Positions 1 through 13,027 of a stretch of 13,027 nucleotides of DNA are shown piece by piece. Position 1 is the stretch's first letter, and each line of letters begins with the position of its first letter. A model generated the notes under the pieces. The model searched no databases. It was not told where the DNA came from and saw only the letters and a list, made by a program, of their open reading frames with translations. The stretch covers positions 455,230-468,256 of the forward strand of contig JAWQFM010000005.1 in NCBI GenBank assembly GCA_033442325.1, written 5' to 3'. The DNA is from Salpingoeca rosetta (Eukaryota; Protista; Choanoflagellata). The translations under genes were made by a program, and so were the position numbers.

Positions 1-56
1 ATGACATCATCCACATGCTCATCACGTTTCAGAACATCAACGCAGCAGAGAGGTAG
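1..56 (+). CDS. Probable 3' end (or internal exon end) of an unidentified upstream gene
   Basis: The frame starting at nt 3 reads GAC ATC ATC CAC ATG CTC ATC ACG TTT CAG AAC ATC AAC GCA GCA GAG AGG TAG (DIIHMLITFQNINAAER*), with C/G-ending codons like the other exons. It ends either at TAG 54-56 or at a donor AG|GTAGGT at 53. Too short to identify. Confidence 0.35.
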   Translation, partial: DIIHMLITFQNINAAER

Positions 57-422
57 GTCAATGCGGGGGAGTGTTGACAGGCAAGTCCTGTCTGCTGAGT
101 CATATCATTGACCTCCATTCTTCACGACACCACAAATTCACATTCACCTCTCTTGTGTTCTGGAATGTTCACGTGATTTCCCTCCAACCTGTTGCACGTG
201 CAGTGTTTACCTTGTGTGGTTGCTCGGTGTTACATGCTCTTGCATAACACACCACATAACCACACAACTCTCAACAAACACTGCCACGTCACCACTTTGC
301 GTTGTCGACAATTCTTGTCTTCTGCTCTGTTTCTTTCTGTTGGAGTGTTCATTCATCCTACATCCTTGTTTGCTTCACAACTCAAGTAAACACACACAAC
401 TCTCTCTTGCCAAGACAATCTC

Positions 423-475
423 CCACACAACACACAGCACACACAGCACACACAGCACACACACACACACACACA
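423..475. repeat. CA-rich microsatellite with a 9-bp unit (CACACAGCA)x3
   Basis: Read directly. Confidence 0.85.
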
Positions 476-1151
476 AGTCTCCAACAACAGCACCACCACC
501 ATGAACTTACAACAACAACACCTGCTTTGTGGTTTTCCGTTGGCAAACATTCCTTCCTCTCTGCTGGCATGCATGTGTGCCAACTGCCTCTCCTCTCCTC
601 CTTCCCCTACACACGTGAGTTGTGTGCCATGTGTGTGTGTGTGCATGCTCGCCATGCTTGACGGATGCCATGTGCGCGTGCCATGTAGTGTTGTGAAGTG
701 TTGTCTGTTGTGTATGCTTGCCTGCAAGCATTCATGCCATGCCTAGCATTGCTCTGCGCGCATGTATGCATGCTGCTCATTGTTTAGATTGTTTGTGTTC
801 GTGCACACTCTGCCCATGTCGCCTTGGCAGCGTCATTGACTGTGTGTGCACTTGTCTAGTGTTTGTTTGAGTGTGCTGCCCGAGTTGATTTGGCAGCAGC
901 TTGCTGTGTTTGTTCATTCTCCTTGTGTTCTTGTTTGTTGACACACCCTTGCTCATCTTAACCCCACCCGTGTTTGTTGTGTTTGTCCACTTGTTTCCTC
1001 ACCTCCTTTCTTTCAGTCAATGGTTGCCCAACTCATTTCGCATTGTATCTGTTGTTATTCGTTGGTGGTGTGTTTGTGAATGAAGGGAAAGGAAAGAGGA
1101 GAGAGAGGGTCGGGGTTCTGATGGAGGCATTCACAGTTGTAGCGTGTGTGC

Positions 1152-5851
<4,700 letters not shown>

Positions 5852-6189
5852 GCCCTCGTCATCTCGCTCAATGCTTCTAAACGTCTCCCTCTCTGTTTCC
5901 TACCCGTGCTCTGTGCGCCAAGGCGGCCGATGGCTGTTGCGCTCCTTTTTGTCACATGCAACTCCTCCTCACCTCACCTTTGACGGCAACAAAGACTCCT
6001 TCTTCCCTTCTTATCATCTCCTCTCCGTCAAGACCTCTTGCTTGCTTGTTCTGCCTTTTTCTTCTTCGTCTTCTCCCGTCATTTTCCGCGTTGTGTCGTC
6101 GTTAGTGAAGTGACATGCCACGGCATGAAAGTAATTGCGCACCAAAGGAGGGAAGGGGGTTGGTTCGGGTTGAGGAACGAACCGGTAGA

Positions 6190-6259
6190 TGTGTGTGTGT
6201 GTGTGAGTGAGTGTGTGTGTGAGTGTTTGTGTTTGCGTGAGTGTTTGCGTGAGTGTTTG

Positions 6260-6332
<73 letters not shown>

Positions 6333-6342
6333 GTGTGTGTGT
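6190..6342. repeat. (TG)n microsatellite between the convergent 3' ends of PCNA and PSMA4
   Basis: Read directly. Confidence 0.95.
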
Positions 6343-6614
6343 CGACATATCGACACAAGTGCGTGGGTGGGCGCAATGCATCAAGACAGGATAAGGGCGA
6401 TGCGATTGCCTGCAAGGCTTTGTCCTTTCATTTCATTCGTGTGCGCACCCATGATTGACATCAGATGCGCGTGCCAACAACACCAACCACGAGGGGAAAC
6501 AACCAAGGAGAAAGAAACGAAAACAAAACACTGAACGCATGGTGCGATGGTGTGCAAAGGGCAGGGCAGCAGCGACGATGGCGACGCTGGCCACACCCAT
6601 GGGAGACGGTGCGT

Positions 6615-7140
6615 TTAGGATGACGAGGCGGATGAGGGCCCTGTCTTGGCCTGCAGCTCCTTCTTCCTCTCCCGCGCCTGGCGCGCCTGCTCTTCTTTCT
6701 TCCGCTTCTCTTCTTCCTCCTCCTGCTTGCGGATCTCCTCGCCCTAAACCATGGACAGTGTGTGAGTGAGTGAGTAAGTAAGTGAGTGAGTGAGTGAGTG
6801 AGTGAGTGAGTGAGTGAGTGAGTGAGTGAGTGAGGGTGCAAGTGAGTGAGTGAGTGAGTGAGTGTGCAAGTGAGTGAGTAAGAGTGTGTCAATGGAATTA
6901 AGCGTTGATGCCCTGTTTTGGTTGCCAGCTCTCTCGTTTCCCCAGCCCCAACATAACAATCCACTTGTTGTGCCGCGCACCTGCTTGAGCAGCTGTCCAA
7001 CGCGCTCCGGCGTCAGCACGGAATATGTGGGCCGCCCGTTCTCGTCCTTTGTCATCGTCGCAAACTCAACTGCAACGTCGCACAGCACATGGCAAAAAGC
7101 GTCAGCATGTGATCCCCCACCTCGAAACAAAGGACGCGCT

Positions 7141-7213
<73 letters not shown>

Positions 7214-7539
7214 GGGGCTGGGCATGACCCAATCTCATACGTGCCCTGCTGTTGCCCTTTGCCTGTTACGCTTACGTCGTTCGGCGGTGAGCTTGGTGCT
7301 GTCCATGGTCTTGTTCAGGACCTTGACGGCGAGCAGCAGCGCCTCCTCCAGCGTGCACTCCTCCTTGTACTCCGACTTGAGAATCGACTCCGCAGACTGC
7401 AATCCAACCATACAGAGCAGAAGCAATGGTCCGGGAGAAGTCGTGCGTAAGCTTGAGGACAGACTAGAATGTGTATGCGCGTCCACAAGACACGACACTG
7501 ATTGCAGTACAAGACACGACACTGATAGCACCGCACAAG

Positions 7540-7586
<47 letters not shown>

Positions 7587-7830
7587 GGCTGTTGCTGCCG
7601 GTGCATGTGGCCTTCCAGCCGCCAAAGTTTCCGCTTGGATCTGAGCGGTAGAGCTGGAAGCCGAAATGGCGATCCCAGCCCATGAAGATGAGCGACGTGC
7701 CAAACGGGCGCATGCCTGGAAAACGAATGGGGAATGAGTTGGCTCACTTTGGTGGCATTTCCGAGACAACCAAATGCAGTCTCAATTTCCAAGCCATCGA
7801 CACACACACACACGCGCGCGCGCGCGCGCA

Positions 7831-7912
<82 letters not shown>

Positions 7913-8365
7913 GCCGTATTGGGTGTAGGCCTGCTTGACGTCACACACGAGGGTGATGAGACGCTCCAGTGGGATGGGTTCCTGGTACGTCAGGTAGTGG
8001 CTGCACACAAACAAACACACACACACATGTACAAAATGACGGTGAAACACATGCTTGCTGTTCCACGAGCGCACCACCCAAAAAAAGACAACACGCTGTC
8101 ACAAGCAGTAGAAACGCCCAGTGCATGCAAAATTGCTGACAAGCTCACCGCTGGGCAGTTAACCGCAGGTAGTTGACGAGAATGTTGGCATCAGCAGTGA
8201 TACCAGCAACGCTGCAAGCGACGTGCCTGACATGCAAAGCAATCAAAACCCAAGGCGTGCGACGACGCCCGCGCACCAAAGCACGTGTGAGACAAGCTTG
8301 TACTCATGGCAAAGATGGTGGAGGCAGTTCCGTCCACGAGCACGCACGCAAAAATTTACGAACCG

Positions 8366-8433
<68 letters not shown>

Positions 8434-9101
8434 TTCATTTACACAGGGACGAGTACATACTCGTCAAGCTTGAAGATCTTCTCTGCAGAGGAGGACATGT
8501 CCAGAAGCTTGGCTGTGCTGATCTTCTCTGCGGCGAGAACCACGCCCTCGGAAGACAAGATGCCAAGGCACGTGCCTGCATGGCTGATGGCCTCCATGGC
8601 ATATTCGACCTGATACAGTCGACCTGATTCAAAAACGCGGTGTGCGCATGTGTGAACACTTGTATTCCTTACGAAGGCTGTCCACGCTTTCTTGCAATGA
8701 CACAGAGAGAGACAGACAGAGAGAGACAGAGAGAGACAGACAGAGAGACAGAGACAGAGAGGGGAGACAGAGATGGGAGACAGAATACAAATACACGCAC
8801 ACACGCACACGAATACAAACACACACAAACACACACACACAAACACACACATACACACAGAACAGAACACAGCACACAGCACAAACACGAGCTGAGCATC
8901 AATCAAACCTTCTGGGGAGAAGATGGTTGTGCGTGTGTCGTAACGGTGCGCCTGCGATGAATGCAACGATGAACGAAGACAAGGTGAAGGGTGAGTGGAA
9001 GGCGCCCACAAACACCGACAACGCCAACGCCAGTCGAATGCATGAAACCAGATGCGCAATATGAAAGCACTCAAAAACACTCAAAACGTCTTTCCCACCA
9101 T
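6615..9101 (-). CDS. PSMA4: 20S proteasome subunit alpha-3 (alpha type-4), 281 aa
   Basis: Exons 9101-9099 (ATG only, ATG|GTGGGA), 8951-8909, 8623-8461, 8226-8149, 8000-7912, 7715-7585, 7396-7276, 7069-6981 and 6743-6615 total 846 nt. Motifs: [83 protein letters not shown]; E/K/R-rich C-terminal tail. Confidence 0.96.
6758..6880. repeat. (GAGT)n tetranucleotide repeat, read as (CACU)n near the acceptor of PSMA4 intron 8
   Basis: Read directly. Confidence 0.95.
7142..7212. repeat. (CA)n in PSMA4 intron 7
   Basis: Pure run. Confidence 0.95.
7544..7584. repeat. (CA)n starting at the donor of PSMA4 intron 6
   Basis: Minus strand reads CAG|GTGTGTGT... Confidence 0.95.
7800..7911. repeat. (CA)n-(CG)8-(CA)n compound microsatellite starting at the donor of PSMA4 intron 5
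   Basis: (CG)8 at 7813-7828; minus strand reads GGCG|GTGTGT... Confidence 0.95.
8369..8427. repeat. (CA)n in PSMA4 intron 3
   Basis: Pure run. Confidence 0.95.
8701..8888. repeat. (GA/GACA)n plus degenerate (CA)n in PSMA4 intron 2
   Basis: Read directly; GU-rich then CU-rich in the pre-mRNA. Confidence 0.85.
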
Positions 9102-9341
9102 GATTGAGTCTTTGGTGTGGCTGGTGCCTGCGACGAACAGGAAAGGAAAGGAGAGGACAAGCAGTGAGGTCTGGTGCTGCTACTGCTGCGCTTGAGTTGC
9201 TTGCTTGCTTGGTTCTGTCGACGCGGATGCTGGCAAGCTGGTTTGCCTTGCTTTTGTGCTTCTTGTCGTCAGTTGGGGCGGTTGAGGAAAATCTACCGAA
9301 GTTAACCAACAATTATCAATAACACTGCAGCCAACAAGGAG
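9102..9341. promoter_or_regulatory. Compact divergent promoter/5'UTR region between PSMA4 and COG2
   Basis: Only 240 bp between head-to-head predicted ATGs. Confidence 0.6.
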
Positions 9342-9378
9342 ATGGATGACGCTCACCTTCGCAAGGCACAGCTCGGTT

Positions 9379-9423
<45 letters not shown>

Positions 9424-12310
9424 TTGTGTGCGTGCGTGCGTGTGTGTGCGTATGTGTGTCCTTTTGGTTGCTGGTTGGTAGGTTTGTCTCTCTCTCTGTC
9501 TCCTCTCTGTCTCCTCTCAGTCTCCTCTTTGTCTCCTCTTGTCTCCCCTCAACTCTGTGTCTCCTCTTGCTTACCTCCTTGCTTGTCTCCTCTCTTTGTC
9601 TTGTTTTTTTTGTCTCTCCTCACCTCAACCCACACTGGTGTTCTGTGGTCCCACTGAGCAGAGAAGGAGCTGGCCAGTGTCCAGGCCTCACTGGTGGAGC
9701 TCATCAACCGCGACTATGCGCAGTTTGTGTCCCTCTCCTCCGATTTGGTTCGTTTCACTCGCTTAGCCGCGTACAAGATGCACCTCGTTCCCGTGGCTGT
9801 GCGCAGCCTAACTCCAGCGGTGGCCGCCACTTGCTCATACGCTTGTGTGGGCGCCTTGACATTGTGCAGGTGGGCATTGACACCACCGTCGATCAACTGG
9901 CAAAACCACTCAAGGGCATGCTCAAAGACGTTGAGGTATTGTTTCGCAAGTGTGAGTGAGTGTGTGTGTGTGTGAGTGTGAGTGCGAACGAGTGAGTGAG
10001 CGTGAGTGTGTGAGTGTGTGTGAGTGAGTGAGTGAGTGAGTGAGTGTGCGTGTGCGTGTGAGTGTGCGTGTGCGTACGAGTGAGTGTGTGAGTGTGTGAG
10101 TGAAAGTGCGTGTGTGGAACTAGAGTGAGGGTGCAGGTGCACTCCACAACCGCTGTTGTGGGGTTTGTCGTCTGTGGTTCATTCCCATCTTGATCACGGG
10201 CTGTATTGTAGTCGGTGGAACAGGAAGTTGAGGCTGAGCTGCACGTGCTGGAGCAGCAACTGCAGCGACGCCGGGAAATCAAACAGGAAAAGGCGATGCT
10301 GCAGAACATCCTGAGCCTTGCTGCTGCTGTGGACAAGTTGGAGAACCTCATTCAGCCCCTCAAGTGCGTGCCATGAGTGTACCCGCGGGAGCACCCGTGT
10401 ACTTTTCACCTCTGTCATGTCATAACCTGACGTCGCTCTTTGTTCCCCCCCCCGCCTCTCGCTCGTACTCCACTCTTCTGTCTCATTCTCTACGTTTCTG
10501 TCTTTTTCGTCTCAACACTGTTTTTCCACACACCACCTGCTGATGCGCCACCCGATGGCTCTCCACCGTCACATCACCACCATTCCACCACTGTGCAATG
10601 CTGACGTGAGCAGGGCTGCGATGGCTGCTGGTCAGCATGTGCCAGTCGAGCAGCTCGAGCGCGTTGCCAGCGAGTTCACGCACGTCGACTGCTATGCAGC
10701 GCGATGCAAAGGAACCGATCACCACAAACATCTTCAACCGGTAAGGGCATGCACGCATCCTTGACCCCTTGCTGGTTTCATCCCAACAGCGCCCTCAAAG
10801 ACGAACATATGCACATGGTCACATGCGCCTCATACATGTACAGCTCACATCTCACATCACACGCTCTCCCTTTCCTTCGCACACATACTTGTTTGCTGGC
10901 ATACTTACTGACTCACTCGCTCACTCACTCACTCACTCACCCACTCACTCACTCACTCACTCACTCAGTCCAGGCCTCACTGGTGGAGCTCATCAACCGC
11001 GACTATGCGCAGTTTGTGTCCCTCTCCTCCGATTTGGTTCGTTTCACTCGCTTAGCCGCGTACAAGATGCACCTCGTTCCCGTGGCTGTGCGCAGCCTAA
11101 CTCCAGCGGTGGCCGCCACTTGCTCATACGCTTGTGTGGGCGCCTTGACATTGTGCAGGTGGGCATTGACACCACCGTCGATCAACTGGCAAAACCACTC
11201 AAGGGCATGCTCAAAGACGTTGAGGTATTGTTTCGCAAGTGTGAGTGAGTGTGTGTGTGTGTGAGTGTGAGTGCGAACGAGTGAGTGAGCGTGAGTGTGT
11301 GAGTGTGTGTGAGTGAGTGAGTGAGTGAGTGAGTGTGCGTGTGCGTGTGAGTGTGCGTGTGCGTACGAGTGAGTGTGTGAGTGTGTGAGTGAAAGTGCGT
11401 GTGTGGAACTAGAGTGAGGGTGCAGGTGCACTCCACAACCGCTGTTGTGGGGTTTGTCGTCTGTGGTTCATTCCCATCTTGATCACGGGCTGTATTGTAG
11501 TCGGTGGAACAGGAAGTTGAGGCTGAGCTGCACGTGCTGGAGCAGCAACTGCAGCGACGCCGGGAAATCAAACAGGAAAAGGCGATGCTGCAGAACATCC
11601 TGAGCCTTGCTGCTGCTGTGGACAAGTTGGAGAACCTCATTCAGCCCCTCAAGTGCGTGCCATGAGTGTACCCGCGGGAGCACCCGTGTACTTTTCACCT
11701 CTGTCATGTCATAACCTGACGTCGCTCTTTGTTCCCCCCCCCGCCTCTCGCTCGTACTCCACTCTTCTGTCTCATTCTCTACGTTTCTGTCTTTTTCGTC
11801 TCAACACTGTTTTTCCACACACCACCTGCTGATGCGCCACCCGATGGCTCTCCACCGTCACATCACCACCATTCCACCACTGTGCAATGCTGACGTGAGC
11901 AGGGCTGCGATGGCTGCTGGTCAGCATGTGCCAGTCGAGCAGCTCGAGCGCGTTGCCAGCGAGTTCACGCACGTCGACTGCTATGCAGCGCGATGCAAAG
12001 GAACCGATCACCACAAACATCTTCAACCGGTAAGGGCATGCACGCATCCTTGACCCCTTGCTGGTTTCATCCCAACAGCGCCCTCAAAGACGAACATATG
12101 CACATGGTCACATGCGCCTCATACATGTACAGCTCACATCTCACATCACACGCTCTCCCTTTCCTTCGCACACATACTTGTTCACTCACTCACCCACTCA
12201 CTCACCCACTCACTCACTCACTCACTCACCCACTCACCCACTCACTCACTCACTCACTCACTCACTCACTCACTCACCCACTCACACACACACACACACT
12301 CACACGCTCG

Positions 12311-12346
<36 letters not shown>

Positions 12347-13003
12347 CACACACTGCGCACTTGCCGGCTCTCAGCGGATCGTGGAGATGCAGTCGTGGAT
12401 CGACGACGACCTTGCCAGTCGATTACGAGACGCATTGGCAGCTGCGACCCGTCAGCGCGTGCACTCGCTGCTTCGCATCTACCACCTCATTGGTCGCATT
12501 TCCAGCGCCGAGATCGTCGTGCAGCGCCAACTGTTTGCACCGGCCGCCCTCGAGTCCGCCGACAGTCTGCGCCCCATCACCACGCACAACCTGCAGTCCT
12601 TCTACGCAGCGGTACGTGGCCATCAGGGCATCCAGCGTCTCGCTTCCACAGTGTAGTGTGCTCGTGTGATGTTATGGAATTGCAACTGAGTTGCTCGTGG
12701 GTGCATGCCTGCTTATGTGTTGCACGGACGCGCACGTGTGTGCGCGCGCATGTTGTTTGCATGGTTTGTTTTTTTTTGCACAGTTGTACATGTGTTTGCG
12801 TGCTGATGTTTGATCGCCATTGCCTTGTTCCCTCTCCGTGACAGATTGTCAGTGTGTGGAGAGACCGCGGTGCATGCGTGTGCGGAAGCGCTGTCCTCTC
12901 CAACGATCGCCTCCTCGTCAACGCGTTTCTCCCCGCTGTTGTGCCCGTCATTACGAACGCGTGCGACCAAATCACCTCCGTCGTCCACCCCGATTTCCGG
13001 CAG
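9342..13003 (+). CDS. COG2: Conserved oligomeric Golgi complex subunit 2, 5' part (continues beyond window) with internal exon duplication
   Basis: Exons 9342-9375, 9662-9747, 9870-9935, 10212-10363, 10614-10740, then duplicated copies 10974-11036, 11159-11224, 11501-11652, 11903-12029, then 12375-12611 and 12845-13003 (donor GTGAGT at 13004). LVELINRDYAQFVSLSSDLVGID matches the COG2 N-terminal signature (ELINxDYxDFVxLSxxLVG); LERVASEF, LRIYHLIG and LLVNAFLP..HPDF also fit. Exon 1 and the start codon are the least certain parts. Confidence 0.85.
9380..9458. repeat. (TG)n in COG2 intron 1, followed by a CT-rich tract to about 9625
   Basis: Read directly. Confidence 0.9.
9679..10893 (+). repeat. 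Tandem duplication copy 1 (1215 bp)
   Basis: Matches 10968-12182 at offset 1289. I found no difference by eye, including in the GAGT microsatellite and the C9 run, and the ORF track gives identical translations 1289 nt apart. Confidence 0.97.
9950..10104. repeat. (GTGA)n/(GT)n tract in COG2 intron 3 (second copy 11239-11393)
   Basis: Read directly. Confidence 0.9.
10911..10967. repeat. (TCAC)n tract at the duplication junction
   Basis: Read directly. Confidence 0.9.
10968..12182 (+). repeat. Tandem duplication copy 2 (1215 bp)
   Basis: Begins GTCCAGGCCTCACTGG right after a (TCAC)n tract and ends CACATACTTGTT before another (CACT)n tract. Confidence 0.97.
12182..12352. repeat. (TCAC)n then (CA)n tract in the COG2 intron before exon 12375
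   Basis: Read directly. Confidence 0.9.
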
Positions 13004-13027
13004 GTGAGTCCCAGGGCTGGCGATGCT

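Noticed and set aside
818-831. RFX X-box-like GTCGCCTTGGCAGC
   Set aside because: An imperfect match located between 3' ends, far from any predicted promoter.
57-1150. tRNA, snoRNA or a small protein gene in the left intergenic region
   Set aside because: I could see no cloverleaf, box motifs or coding-like codon bias; it looks like low-complexity UTR or intergenic DNA.
7485-7530. 18-bp direct repeat ACAAGACACGACACTGAT with a 24-bp period, CRISPR-like at a glance
   Set aside because: Only two copies with a 6-nt gap inside a eukaryotic intron; an ordinary local duplication.
10901-10910. U1 snRNA gene
   Set aside because: Only the first 8 nt match, followed by microsatellite rather than U1 stem-loops or an Sm site.
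9679-12182. Direct repeats as LTRs or a transposon
   Set aside because: The repeat consists of COG2 exons and introns, with no TG..CA ends, target-site duplication, internal ORF or terminal inverted repeats.

Overview
Gene-dense eukaryotic genomic DNA with short, microsatellite-filled GT-AG introns. The style most resembles a choanoflagellate such as Salpingoeca, which is an inference from composition. I reconstructed four housekeeping genes by hand, arranged as two head-to-head pairs: a cathepsin D-like aspartic protease (- strand, 5 exons, 385 aa) with PCNA (+, 5 exons, 264 aa), and proteasome alpha-3/PSMA4 (-, 9 coding exons, 281 aa) with COG2 (+, runs off the right edge). A possible gene end lies at 1-56. 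The most unusual structure is an apparently identical 1215-bp tandem duplication (period 1289 bp) inside COG2. It copies exons 2(part)-5 and has an in-frame cryptic acceptor at the junction, alternating reverse-complementary (GTGA)n/(TCAC)n intron tracts, and a U1-like ATACTTAC motif unique to the junction; it may be real or an assembly artefact. Other signals are an E2F-site cluster upstream of PCNA, strand-polarised GU repeats in introns, intron positions apparently shared with human, and a stop/start-overlapping uORF on cathepsin D. Most long ORFs in the supplied track are microsatellite translations, not genes.
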